From: an archaeon
GTDB taxonomy: Archaea > Nanobdellota > Nanobdellia > Pacearchaeales > JAPDKA01
DNA: 64,000 bases
Direction of reading: 5' to 3'
Assembly (NCBI GenBank): GCA_029258825.1
Contig: JAPDKA010000003.1
Location: 2,065-66,064 of the forward strand
In this document: piece by piece, positions 18,714 through 28,876 of the stretch
Layout: every line of letters begins with the position of its first letter
How positions within the stretch are numbered: the stretch's first letter is position 1
The notes under the pieces: model-generated
Database searches by the model: none
Told to the model about the DNA's origin: nothing
The model's input: the letters and a program-made list of their open reading frames with translations, nothing else
Position numbers and translations under genes: made by a program

Positions 18714-19046
18714 TTATATTTTAACAATATTCAAATTGAATTGCTCAAGCATAAACTCGAAATGTTTCTCTGTATGACCAAACTGGATTAAGGCAATCTT
18801 GCTATATTTTTGCTTTAGCATGTTTACTGCATTGAGTGCAAGATCGCAGAAACCATAACAAGTATTGAGCCAAATAAAGATAGCACATTTATGCTTTATT
18901 TTTTTATTTAGCTCATCAACGATGGAAGTCGCAAATTGCTTTATGCCGTCTGGCAATTGTAAAATAATGGCATCATAGCCATTCTTGCTTATTATAGCAG
19001 CGATTTTATCTATATCTAACTCAAAAGGTAATGTCGCTTTTGCCAT
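18714..19046 (-). CDS. dph2: stand-alone N-terminal domain of diphthamide synthesis protein Dph2
   Basis: IILQLPDGIK, TCYGFCD, IQFGH; only 110 aa. Confidence 0.75.
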   Translation of the reverse strand: MAKATLPFELDIDKIAAIISKNGYDAIILQLPDGIKQFATSIVDELNKKIKHKCAIFIWLNTCYGFCDLALNAVNMLKQKYSKIALIQFGHTEKHFEFMLEQFNLNIVKI

Positions 19047-19096
19047 ACAAACATAACTAAAAAAATATTTAAATAGCTTTGCATGTAATTATTTTA

Positions 19097-19702
19097 ATGC
19101 CTAATCAAGTGCCTGAACAAAATGTTAATGAGCTTTACGGTGAGAGAGACCACATTATAAAAGTTCTTTCAAAAGTAAAAAAAGCATTAAAACAAAAAAA
19201 CATTATTGAGCTGAAAAACTTAAGCAACATGACAATACATTCAGCTTCTATTCATCAGCAAGAAGATTTTATAGCGTTAGCAGTAATCATATATAGCATA
19301 GCAAAAATTGTGGAAAGAACAAAATATATGGAGTATGAGCAATGGCCAGAATTTTATGTATCTGTAACAAGCTATCTTGATAATGCTATAAAAGCACTAA
19401 AACAAAAAAACATACAACAATTTAGGAAATCCTTAATTAACATAAGGCAACAAATCGAAATGCTTACAGGCAAGTTTGGCGAATACATAAGAGAGGTATT
19501 TAGAAAGGCAATGATAAACAAAGCAAGCAGGATATATGAGCATGGTATAAGCATGGAAAATACTGCAAAGTTGTTGGGTATAACTTTGTTTGAGCTTGCA
19601 GAATATGCAGGAAAAACAGGCATAAGCGATGTTGATTTAAGCATAACTAAAAGCTTAAATGAAAGGTTAAACATAGCCAAGCGCATTTTCGGAATTGAAT
19701 AA
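19097..19702 (+). CDS. conserved-looking hypothetical protein with C-terminal UPF0175-like HTH
   Basis: GISMENTAKLLGITLFELAEY; directly precedes a PIN gene. Confidence 0.7.
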   Translation: MPNQVPEQNVNELYGERDHIIKVLSKVKKALKQKNIIELKNLSNMTIHSASIHQQEDFIALAVIIYSIAKIVERTKYMEYEQWPEFYVSVTSYLDNAIKALKQKNIQQFRKSLINIRQQIEMLTGKFGEYIREVFRKAMINKASRIYEHGISMENTAKLLGITLFELAEYAGKTGISDVDLSITKSLNERLNIAKRIFGIE

Positions 19703-19727
19703 AATTAGGTAAATTAAGCAAAAAAGA

Positions 19728-20411
19728 ATGGATAAAATGGAAAACAACAGAATACTTATACTTGATTCGAGTAGCATTATTACATTAGCATTAACGAGTT
19801 TACTGTTTGTTCTTGAAAAATTAAAGCAAAAATTTAACGTGCGATTCGTGACAACACAATATGTGCTAAATGAATGTGTTAAAGTACCATTGAACATAAA
19901 ACGTTTCGAGCTTGAAGCATTGATGATAAAAAAACTAGTCGATGACGGTATAATTGAAATAATTAAGGTCGACAATAAAGATGTAAATGAAATAATGAAT
20001 AAAGCCAATACTGCATACAAAGCCAGAAATGATTATATAAAGCTTATTCATGCAGGTGAAGCTTCATGCATTGCACTATATAATAAATTACAAACACAAG
20101 AAAAAGCCATAGTTATAGATGAAAGAACTACACGTATGTTGTGTGAAAATCCAGAAAATCTTAGAAGATTGCTGGAGAGAAAATTGCATACATATGTCAG
20201 TATGGATAAAAATAAATTGAAACAATTTTCCGGCATTAATGTAATACGAAGCAGCGAAATCGTTTTTATTGCATTGAAGCAAAGTATAATAACAGAAGCT
20301 ATAAGTAAAACAAGCAATAAACAAGCAATTGATGCATTGCTTTATGCTTTAAAGTTTCATGGATGCGCGATAAGCAAACAAGAAATTAACGAAGCTAAAT
20401 CGATGGTGTAA
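19728..20411 (+). CDS. PIN-domain protein (COG2405/DUF3368-like)
   Basis: ILILDSSSII, VLNE, HAGEASCIAL, IVIDERTTR. Confidence 0.75.
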   Translation: MDKMENNRILILDSSSIITLALTSLLFVLEKLKQKFNVRFVTTQYVLNECVKVPLNIKRFELEALMIKKLVDDGIIEIIKVDNKDVNEIMNKANTAYKARNDYIKLIHAGEASCIALYNKLQTQEKAIVIDERTTRMLCENPENLRRLLERKLHTYVSMDKNKLKQFSGINVIRSSEIVFIALKQSIITEAISKTSNKQAIDALLYALKFHGCAISKQEINEAKSMV

Positions 20412-20480
20412 ATTTATGTTGTATTTCTTTCGTCTCTGTCTGGCATTAAATTTATAAATCCTAAAGATTGAATTAGGGAT

Positions 20481-21467
20481 ATGAAAAAGAAAAAAGAGGT
20501 AAAAACTCTTGAGGTTTGGACAGAAAAATATAGGCCAAAAGATTTTAGTGAGATTGTTGGGCAAGAAGAGATAGTAAAACGTGCAGAAGCATTTGTAAAA
20601 GAGCGTAATATGCCCCACTTATTGTTTGCAGGTCCTGCTGGCAGTGGTAAAACAACACTTGCTTTGGTTATAGTACAAAAGCTGTATGGGGATGCTTGGC
20701 GAGAGAACTATCTTGAGTTAAATGCAAGTGATGAGCGCGGCATTAATGTTATACGTGAGAAAGTTAAAGATTTTGCGAGAACAAAAGCGCTAAGTGATGT
20801 TCCGTTTAAAATCATTTTCCTTGATGAAGCAGATGCATTAACAAAAGAAGCACAACAAGCATTAAGAAGAACTATGGAAAATTTTACACGCACATGTAGA
20901 TTTATTTTAAGCTGCAATTACAGCAGCAAGATTATAGATCCAATACAGTCAAGATGTAGCATTTTTAGATTTAGAGCATTAACACTAGACGATATAGCGA
21001 AAGTGCTAAAACGTATTGCAAAGTCTGAGCATTTGAAAATTGACGATGCTGCGATAAAAGCGTTGTATGAGTTTAGCAATGGGGATTGTAGAAGGGCTAT
21101 AAACTTGCTTCAGGCAAGTGCTTCTGTTAGCAATCACATTACTGAAGCACTTGTATATAAAATAGTAGCACAGGCAAAACCTAAAGAAGTGCAAGAAATG
21201 ATACAGCTTGCGCTGAAAGGCGACTTCGCTAAAGCAAGAGAACTGCTACTTAACATGTTAACAAGAGAAGGTATTAGTGGTATTGATGTGATAAAAGCGA
21301 TACAGCGTGAGTGCTTAGCGCTAAATATAGACGATACAGCAAAACTGAAAATTATAGAGAAAGTTGGTGATGTTGAATTTAGGCTTGTTGAAGGTAGCGA
21401 CGAATTTATACAACTTCAAGCATTACTTGCATTTCTTGGCCTGTTTGGTTTGGAAATGAAAAAATGA
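20481..21467 (+). CDS. rfcS: replication factor C small subunit
   Basis: WTEKYRP, GPAGSGKTT, ELNASDERGI, LDEADALT, IQSRC. Confidence 0.95.
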   Translation: MKKKKEVKTLEVWTEKYRPKDFSEIVGQEEIVKRAEAFVKERNMPHLLFAGPAGSGKTTLALVIVQKLYGDAWRENYLELNASDERGINVIREKVKDFARTKALSDVPFKIIFLDEADALTKEAQQALRRTMENFTRTCRFILSCNYSSKIIDPIQSRCSIFRFRALTLDDIAKVLKRIAKSEHLKIDDAAIKALYEFSNGDCRRAINLLQASASVSNHITEALVYKIVAQAKPKEVQEMIQLALKGDFAKARELLLNMLTREGISGIDVIKAIQRECLALNIDDTAKLKIIEKVGDVEFRLVEGSDEFIQLQALLAFLGLFGLEMKK

Positions 21468-22651
21468 AAAAGAAATTTCAAGCAATGTTAGAAAATTGGG
21501 CTGAAAAATACAGGCCAAGAAATCTTTCTGAGGTAATTAACCAGGAACAAGCAAAACTTAAGCTCAAACAATTCTTGATGCAGTGGCATTCAAAACAAAA
21601 GCCAAAGATAAAAGCTGTACTTATGTATGGTCCTGCTGGAACTGGAAAAACAGCATTAGCATATGCTTTAGCTGCTGAGTTTGATATGGAAGTGATAGAG
21701 CTAAATGCAAGCGACTTTAGAGATAAAAGAAGTATTGATGCAGTGATAGGAAATGCAATGCAACAGCAAAGTTTGTTTGCTAGAAAGAAATTAATCATTG
21801 TCGATGAAGTGGAAGGCATAAGTGGAAAAGAAGATAGAGGAGGCTTAGCTGAACTTAGTAAATTCATAGATAAAGCCACATGGCCGATCATATTGATAAG
21901 CAATAATCCTTTTGACAAACGATTGTTTGTGCTAAGGCAAAAATGTTTATTGCTAGAAATAAAAAAACTTGACTACAGAAGTATTATCAAAATACTACAA
22001 CGTATATGTAAGCATGAAAACATTAAAGCTAGTAGTGATGCATTAAAAAGAATTGCTGTAAATGCGAAAGGTGATGCGAGAGCTGCAATAAATGATTTGC
22101 AAGTTATTGCTGCTGGAAAAAATCAATTATCGCTTGATGATGTTAATGCTTATCTCGAACTTGCAACACGCGACAAAGAAGAAACAATATTCAATGCACT
22201 ACGTCTTGTTTTTAAATCACGTTATCCTGTGTATGATGCTTTTAATAATGTTGATGCCCAACTTGACGAAATACAATACTGGATTGATGAAAACATAACA
22301 AAAGAATATAAAGGCCTAACACTCATTAAGGCAATAGATGCTTTAAGTAAAGCGAATATCTTTCTTGCGCGTATTCAAAGATGGCAATACTGGCGTTTTA
22401 TTGTATATGCTAATATTTTTCTTACTGCTGGAATAACTCTAGCAAAATTTCATGATGGCAAAATACGGGAACAAGATTTAAGCAGAGGTTTTGTTGCTTA
22501 TTCCAGGCCTGTAAAGTTTCAAAAATTATGGGAAGCAAAACAGAATATCCAACATAATGAACTCATAGCAAAACTCGCATCAAAAATGCACTGCTCAAAA
22601 CGAAAAACAATTAACGAATGGCCTATTCTGAAGATTGCGCTTGGCAAGTAA
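21464..22651 (+). CDS. rfcL: replication factor C large subunit
   Basis: WAEKYRP, GPAGTGKT, ELNASDFR, WIDEN, RWQYWRF; overlaps rfcS stop. Confidence 0.92.
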   Translation: MKKKFQAMLENWAEKYRPRNLSEVINQEQAKLKLKQFLMQWHSKQKPKIKAVLMYGPAGTGKTALAYALAAEFDMEVIELNASDFRDKRSIDAVIGNAMQQQSLFARKKLIIVDEVEGISGKEDRGGLAELSKFIDKATWPIILISNNPFDKRLFVLRQKCLLLEIKKLDYRSIIKILQRICKHENIKASSDALKRIAVNAKGDARAAINDLQVIAAGKNQLSLDDVNAYLELATRDKEETIFNALRLVFKSRYPVYDAFNNVDAQLDEIQYWIDENITKEYKGLTLIKAIDALSKANIFLARIQRWQYWRFIVYANIFLTAGITLAKFHDGKIREQDLSRGFVAYSRPVKFQKLWEAKQNIQHNELIAKLASKMHCSKRKTINEWPILKIALGK

Positions 22652-22672
22652 CCTTTGATAGAGGCTGTTAGA

Positions 22673-23407
22673 TTAAACACACAACTCCAAAATCTTGCCG
22701 CGTTTGCCGACATTGATTACCTTTGTTTTGTAAACTTTTTCTTCTATACCTTCTGCTTCATGCGCATGACTGCATATGAGCAAATCTGGTTTGAATTCTT
22801 TTATTGCTTTTCTCACTGCAGCACTCGCCGGAACTTTACTAGTCAGTTTTTCCATTAACGTGCCTTTTGGATGCACATGAGTAACCATAAGCTTAAATTT
22901 TGCATCTTTCACTTTCTCAAAACCTTGCTTTAATAAATCAAATAGTTCATCTTCACTAACTATAAGCTTAGGACCGACACCTACAGCACCTCCAGCACCA
23001 AATATACCTATATCACCAATTCTAACAGCATAACCATGAATGTTCTTTGCCTTCGGCGCATACAAATCTGCCAAAAAATGTGCAGTAGCTACAGTCTCGT
23101 GATTGCCTGGAATAAGCAGCACTTCTATATTGCGTTTAACAAATGGCCCTATCAAGTAAGCTGTTGAACTTTCAGCCATTGTTATATCACCAGTCAAAAT
23201 TACAAGATCAACATGTTGTTTTTCTGCAAGCTCAGCGAGACGCTCAACTTGTTTTATATCTCCATGAATATCACCAATAGCCATAATTTTTATTTTTCTT
23301 TTTGTTTTTGCTTTTTGTTTCTCGCTTTTATCTTGCTTTTGTTTTTTGCTTACTTGGCCTTTGCCTTGCTTAGTAATTTTTGTTGATTTTGTTTTGGTTT
23401 TCTGCAT
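22673..23407 (-). CDS. metallophosphoesterase (Icc-like, COG2129) with Lys-rich N-terminal extension
   Basis: GDIHG, TGDIT, PGNHE, THVHP, SHAHE. Confidence 0.85.
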   Translation of the reverse strand: MQKTKTKSTKITKQGKGQVSKKQKQDKSEKQKAKTKRKIKIMAIGDIHGDIKQVERLAELAEKQHVDLVILTGDITMAESSTAYLIGPFVKRNIEVLLIPGNHETVATAHFLADLYAPKAKNIHGYAVRIGDIGIFGAGGAVGVGPKLIVSEDELFDLLKQGFEKVKDAKFKLMVTHVHPKGTLMEKLTSKVPASAAVRKAIKEFKPDLLICSHAHEAEGIEEKVYKTKVINVGKRGKILELCV

Positions 23408-23412
23408 TTTGA

Positions 23413-24540
23413 CTAACGAGTTACTTTTAATTGTTCAAATTGTTGTTGCAATTTGACAATGCTTGGCTTAGCCAAATACTTTCTCGCCGGTTCGAGCAGT
23501 TTAATTAAATAATCAGCAAGGGCATTTTTTAGATCAAGAGGGTGCAACTTGCCCTGCCTAAAATCTTGTTCAAGATGGTCATAGCTATGATAACAAACAT
23601 CACCACCATACTTTTCTGGCCTGTGCACTTCAAGTATAGCTTGTTGGTTAAACACAAACTGTTTAGCCCATATCAAAACAGGATTATAGCATGTTTCCTT
23701 TTCTGGACAAAATGCTTTTCTAAGTTTTGTTTTTATTTGTTCTGGTGTGTCTGTAATAAAAATAGCACTCTGCGGTTTGCTCTTACTCATTTTCATCTCG
23801 CTAAGTACTTGTTTCAGTTCATTGCTTGTTATAGGCCATTTTGGTGGTTGCGTTAATCCAGGCACTAAAGGATGATGCACTGCTATAGGTTTGTATGGCT
23901 TATTATTATGCATTAATTTTGCATATTTCAATTTTAATGCTACTTCTCTTGCAATAACATGCGCTTTTCTTTGATCAATGCCTGCATGAGCAAGATTAAT
24001 GCCCTGAACGAAAATATCTGCTACCTGCATTGGTGGATACAACAATGTAGCAAAGTTAACGGCTTCGCCTTCTTTACGGCCAGCAATAGTAATAGCACGC
24101 ATTACCCTATGTAATGTTAAATGCTTGCATATATCAACAACAGTTAACCAATATTCATCATTTTTTTCATACAATTTAGAGCCCAAAACAAAATTAACTT
24201 TTGATTCATCAACATGAGCAACTTTCAATGATGCTATTAACATATGCTTAAAAAATTCTGCACCGATCTTATGTATTGTTTCAAGATCTCCACCAAGTTT
24301 GTTATTTATCCAACTGTGCCAATCTGCAAGAAAAATACTACAATGCACATTTGCTTTTAAAAAATCAGCAATCTTAAAAGCTGTCATTAAGCCACTGCCT
24401 ATATGCAGTTTTCCAGAAATCTCAAAGCCGATATAATGCTTTAACTTTACACCTGTCTCTAACATAACACGCAGATCATCAATTGTTAGCACTTCCTCTG
24501 TATTTCTTGTAATCAAATTAAGCTTCTCCACAGTATCCAT
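23413..24540 (-). CDS. tyrS: tyrosine--tRNA ligase (archaeal type)
   Basis: YIGFEISGKLHIG, ADWH, YPPMQVADI, GIDQRK, KMSKS, LHPLDLK. Confidence 0.93.
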   Translation of the reverse strand: MDTVEKLNLITRNTEEVLTIDDLRVMLETGVKLKHYIGFEISGKLHIGSGLMTAFKIADFLKANVHCSIFLADWHSWINNKLGGDLETIHKIGAEFFKHMLIASLKVAHVDESKVNFVLGSKLYEKNDEYWLTVVDICKHLTLHRVMRAITIAGRKEGEAVNFATLLYPPMQVADIFVQGINLAHAGIDQRKAHVIAREVALKLKYAKLMHNNKPYKPIAVHHPLVPGLTQPPKWPITSNELKQVLSEMKMSKSKPQSAIFITDTPEQIKTKLRKAFCPEKETCYNPVLIWAKQFVFNQQAILEVHRPEKYGGDVCYHSYDHLEQDFRQGKLHPLDLKNALADYLIKLLEPARKYLAKPSIVKLQQQFEQLKVTR

Positions 24541-24633
24541 ACAAGCATAAAAGACAATTCACTTTTAAACTTTTGGTTTTGTTTGCTCTAATCTACAACA
24601 GAGAAAAATCTAAAATGGTTAAACAAAGGTTTG

Positions 24634-25341
24634 TCAACCTATAGTTTCCCTAATTTTGAAAAATTGCAATATCTCATGCGCAATTATTTTAGAATCTTTT
24701 TTTGAATTGACATTTATCCCATGTGTATAGTGATCAAACCAGATAATTTTTTTGTTCTTGTTCGGAATTTTTTTGAAAATATAGAGAGCACTTTTTGGAT
24801 TAGTAATATCATCTTTTTTTGATTGAAAAATCAATGTTGGACAATTTATTTTTTTGAGCTCTTTTTTATTTCCATCTATTAGAGAATCTTTAATCTCAAG
24901 AATGTTTTTAATTGGCAAACCATGAAATATACCTTTGTTCTTTTTGTTGATTATTTTTAATATAATCTTTGCGGTAGAATAAGCAATAGATAAAATCTTG
25001 GATAAAAATATCGGGGTTCCTATCAAAATTAGTCCATCTACTTTATATTTTGAAGCAAGTTTTATCGAAATATTTCCTCCAAGACTTACACCGCCAACAT
25101 AAATTTTGTCACACTTTTTTCTAAACTTGAGAAACTCTTTTTCGGCATATCGTATCCATTTTTTTGTAGGAGTAGACCAAAAATCTTGGAAATAGGTTTC
25201 TCCATTTTTTCCTGTTCCATGCCCAGGAAGCAAGGGACAACAAGTTTTTATTCCATTTTTGTTAAGAAAAAAAGAGATTTTTTCCAGTTCTTTTGGAGTT
25301 TTCGTTATTCCGTGAATAAGAAACGCACCTATTTTTTCCAT
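24634..25341 (-). CDS. alpha/beta hydrolase (esterase/lipase)
   Basis: LIHG, LPGHG, nucleophile elbow GVSLGG, DD and H near the C-terminus. Confidence 0.85.
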   Translation of the reverse strand: MEKIGAFLIHGITKTPKELEKISFFLNKNGIKTCCPLLPGHGTGKNGETYFQDFWSTPTKKWIRYAEKEFLKFRKKCDKIYVGGVSLGGNISIKLASKYKVDGLILIGTPIFLSKILSIAYSTAKIILKIINKKNKGIFHGLPIKNILEIKDSLIDGNKKELKKINCPTLIFQSKKDDITNPKSALYIFKKIPNKNKKIIWFDHYTHGINVNSKKDSKIIAHEILQFFKIRETIG

Positions 25342-25450
25342 CTCAAAAAAGAAGTGCACTAATTTTTAAATTTTTCTTTTTCGCCATGGTTCAAAAAGCC
25401 ATAAAACTATAATAAAAAACTTTTTAAATGCATAAAGCAGAGAAACAAAC

Positions 25451-26020
25451 ATGGCAAAAGGGCTATATGGCTTTTTACAGCAGTTGTGGAAGAAACCAGA
25501 AACAGTTCCTGATTACAAACAAAAATTAATGTTATGGCGAAAGCAAGCTGCAATCGTCAGAGTTGAAAAACCAACAAGGCTCGATAAAGCAAGAAGATTG
25601 GGCTATAAAGCTAAGCGTGGCTTTGTTGTTGTTCGTGTTCGTGTTAAGCGTGGCGGTCATAAAAGGCCAAGACCAAGAAAAGGTAGAAAAGTGAAAAACT
25701 TAACTATTAATAAAAACCTAAAGATGAACTACAGGTGGATTGCTGAACAAAGAGCTGCAAGAGCTTACCGCAATCTTGAAGTGCTAAATAGTTATTGGGT
25801 TGGAAAAGATGGTCAGTATTATTATTATGAAGTTATTCTTGTTGATCCAAATATGCCTGAAATAAAAGCAGATAAGGACATATCATGGATAATAAATAAT
25901 CGTGGCCGGGCCTTTCGTGGTTTGACATCTGCAGCAAGAAAAGCAAGAGGATTGCGAGTTGGAAAGAGAGCAAGCAAAGTAAGACCAAGTTTAAGAGCTA
26001 AAGGTAACAGAGGTAAGTAA
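25451..26020 (+). CDS. rpl15e: 50S ribosomal protein L15e
   Basis: KPTRLDKARRLGYKAKRG, LEVLNSYWVG, RAFRGLTSA. Confidence 0.96.
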   Translation: MAKGLYGFLQQLWKKPETVPDYKQKLMLWRKQAAIVRVEKPTRLDKARRLGYKAKRGFVVVRVRVKRGGHKRPRPRKGRKVKNLTINKNLKMNYRWIAEQRAARAYRNLEVLNSYWVGKDGQYYYYEVILVDPNMPEIKADKDISWIINNRGRAFRGLTSAARKARGLRVGKRASKVRPSLRAKGNRGK

Positions 26021-26108
26021 TCGGTTATTCTTTCAACATTTTTTACGCAATATTGGTTAGTGTCAGCAAGTGTCGATAAGTTTTTTAATATGTACACCAT
26101 TGCTTATT

Positions 26109-28040
26109 ATGCTTTACATAGAACTCGCAGAGCTTTACGAGAAATTAGAAGCAACTACAAAAAGACTAGAAAAAACTTTTCTGCTTGCAAATTTTCTGAA
26201 AAAAGCAATTGGGATGTTTAAGCAAAAAAAACTTAGCGAAGAACAACTTAAAGATCTTGCTTATCTTGTACAAGGTAAAATAATGCCAACATGGAGCGAA
26301 TCTGAAATCGGTATAAGCTCGCAATTAATTATCAAATGTATCTCAAAAGCAACAGGAATTAACGAAGAACAAATAGTGAAGCTATGGAAAGAGGTCGGCG
26401 ATCTCGGTAAAGTTGCTGAAACTGCTAGTAGTAAGAAAAAACAAGTTACATTGTTTAGCAAAGCATTAACAGCAAGTAAAGTTATTGAAAATCTAAGAAA
26501 AGCAAGTAAAGTTGAAGGAGAAGGCAGTGTTGACAAAAAAATCATGCTTGTTGCAGAACTGCTAACAAATGCTCAACCAAAAGAAGCCCGTTACATAGTA
26601 AGAACGATTCTTGAAGAATTGCGTATTGGTGTTGGAGAAGGTATTGTTCGTGATGCAATAGTCCAAGCAACAATGCCGATAGCTACGCCATTATTTGTAA
26701 AATGCAAAAATTGCAATGCAATTGTGCCGCAACAAAATTATTGTGTTAATTGTCAAAAACAACTTGATGCAGAGGCGCTTAATGGAGATAAGCTAAGCTA
26801 TGAAGAAGTTGTAAAACTTATACAGCATAAAAAGCAATTGCCAAATGTAATAGTTGCATCAAGCATAGATGAAGCACGCAAGATTTATCAGCTGTTTATT
26901 GATAAAGTGCAAGAAGCGTATGATATTTCTGCAGATTTTGGCGAAGTGTTAATCAAAGCTGCGAGAAGCATTTACGAACTTGACAAGATAGAACTAAAAC
27001 CAGGAAAACCTGTAAAGGTGATGCTTGCATTAAAAGCATCAAACATTGAAGAAGCATTCAGTAAAGTTGGTAAGCCGGCACAAATCGAATATAAATATGA
27101 TGGATTTCGCGTGCTTATTCACAAAAGTAAAGATGGAAAAATCAAGATTTTCACAAGGCGTCTAGAAGATGTGACAAAACAATTTCCAGAAATTGTGCAA
27201 TATGTTAAACAGCAAGTAAATGCTGAAAGTTTTATTATTGACGGTGAAGCTGTCGGCTATGATCCAAAAACAAAGAAATATAGACCATTCCAAGAGATAA
27301 GTCAAAGAATAAAGCGTAAATACCATATTGCAGAGATGGCAAAAGAATTGCCTGTAGAAGTGCATATTTTTGATATTCTTTATTTAAATGGTAAAAGCAC
27401 AATCAAACTTAAGTTTGGTGAAAGGCGTAAACTGATAGAAAAAATTATTAAGCCTGTACCATATAAACTTGTTCTTGCTAAGAAGTGTGTTACTTCAAGT
27501 GTTGAGGAAGCAGAAGCATTCTACAATGAAGCGCTTGATAATGGCCAAGAAGGTGTGATGTTCAAAAACCTTGAAGCACCATACAAGCCTGGCGCTAGAG
27601 TCGGTTATATGCTAAAGCTTAAGCCGGAAAAAGCGACTCTTGATTTAGTTATTGTTGGTGCAGAGTGGGGTACAGGTAAACGAAGCGGTTGGCTAAGTAG
27701 TTTTGTTGTTGCGTGCTATGATAGCATTACTGGGCGTTGGTTGACAGTTGGTAAAGTAGGCACGGGTGTGAAAGAAAAAGAAGCCACAGGGCTGACGTTT
27801 GAACAGCTTACAGAAATGTTAAAACCACTGATTATTGAAGAGAAAGGGAGAGAAGTAAAAATAAAACCACAGGTTGTTGTTGAAGTAATGTACCAAGAGA
27901 TACAAAAAAGTCCAACTTATGAAAGTGGATATGCCTTACGTTTTCCACGTATAATTAGATTAAGACCAGATAAAGCACCGGAAGAGGCCGATACGATTGA
28001 TACAATAATAAAATACTACAAAGAACAGGGTGCAAAGTAA
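26109..28040 (+). CDS. lig: ATP-dependent DNA ligase with zinc-ribbon insertion
   Basis: EYKYDGFR, IDGEAV, EGVMFK, ALRFPR; insertion containing CKNC...CVNC. Confidence 0.95.
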   Translation: MLYIELAELYEKLEATTKRLEKTFLLANFLKKAIGMFKQKKLSEEQLKDLAYLVQGKIMPTWSESEIGISSQLIIKCISKATGINEEQIVKLWKEVGDLGKVAETASSKKKQVTLFSKALTASKVIENLRKASKVEGEGSVDKKIMLVAELLTNAQPKEARYIVRTILEELRIGVGEGIVRDAIVQATMPIATPLFVKCKNCNAIVPQQNYCVNCQKQLDAEALNGDKLSYEEVVKLIQHKKQLPNVIVASSIDEARKIYQLFIDKVQEAYDISADFGEVLIKAARSIYELDKIELKPGKPVKVMLALKASNIEEAFSKVGKPAQIEYKYDGFRVLIHKSKDGKIKIFTRRLEDVTKQFPEIVQYVKQQVNAESFIIDGEAVGYDPKTKKYRPFQEISQRIKRKYHIAEMAKELPVEVHIFDILYLNGKSTIKLKFGERRKLIEKIIKPVPYKLVLAKKCVTSSVEEAEAFYNEALDNGQEGVMFKNLEAPYKPGARVGYMLKLKPEKATLDLVIVGAEWGTGKRSGWLSSFVVACYDSITGRWLTVGKVGTGVKEKEATGLTFEQLTEMLKPLIIEEKGREVKIKPQVVVEVMYQEIQKSPTYESGYALRFPRIIRLRPDKAPEEADTIDTIIKYYKEQGAK

Positions 28041-28141
28041 ATGTAAAATAATTTTTGAGAGTTTTTTGATAATTTTTTCAAAACTAATAAATAGTAACAA
28101 ACACCAAAAGCTTTTTAAATAGTTTTTTCTTAGGTTTAAGC

Positions 28142-28498
28142 ATGGCAAAGTTAGTAGAAGTTATGAAAACTGAAATTGAAAACTTTGGCATTTTACCTTT
28201 CTTGCGAAAAAAGGATTTAGAAGTGCAAATATTACAAGAAAGCAAGCAAAAAACTGTAAAATGCTACATAAATGGTAAACCTGCACAGATTTACATCGTT
28301 CAATGTGTCGATGAAAACAATGAAAATTGCATACTCCTTTATTCTTTGAAAGGAAACAGAAAAATGAAGAGTGCATCAATGCCTTATTATTTTGCTGAAA
28401 ATATCTTAAAAAAAGTGAAAGAAGTAAAGCCACCTGAAATTAACGGTTGGTACATACCACTCAAATTTGTTGCCTTTCCAATTTACAAAATTGGCTGA
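28142..28498 (+). CDS. hypothetical protein
   Basis: 118-aa ORF with TATA (tttttaaata) upstream. Confidence 0.6.
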   Translation: MAKLVEVMKTEIENFGILPFLRKKDLEVQILQESKQKTVKCYINGKPAQIYIVQCVDENNENCILLYSLKGNRKMKSASMPYYFAENILKKVKEVKPPEINGWYIPLKFVAFPIYKIG

Positions 28499-28529
28499 TA
28501 ATAATTTAACTCTACAGACTCTACAGACT

Positions 28530-28822
28530 TATACGCTTCCTGGCTACTGGTTAGTTGAAGAAGGGTTGGTAACTTATCTTGAATTTTTTATATAGATAAC
28601 AAAACAGAAAAAATTTTGGAGTACTCAAAAATACAAGATTGGTGCTGTAAGTTCTATGGAAAAGCTGCGATGAGATGGTACAGTTTCTTAAAAAATAAAA
28701 AAATAATGTAAATAAAAAAAATAAAAAGTTATTTCAAGTTATTAGAAAAATCTGAAGAAGAAAAAAATTTTTGGAAAAAGCTACATAATTCAGCAATAAA
28801 TCAAAATAGGTTTGTGAAATGA
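28530..28822 (+). pseudogene. degraded gene fragment, weak gluzincin-like motif
   Basis: Broken frames YTLPGYWLVEEGLVTYLE / DNKTEKILEYSKIQDWCCKFYGK / KSYFKLLEKSEEEKNFW; no start codon. Confidence 0.3.
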
Positions 28823-28876
28823 ATTAATTAAGTTCGATGTCGATAATTTTTTATATATATGCTTCTTATCAAAACT

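Noticed and set aside
26670-26900. Intein in DNA ligase
   Set aside because: No N-terminal C/S block or terminal His-Asn, and the insert is a short Cys4 ribbon
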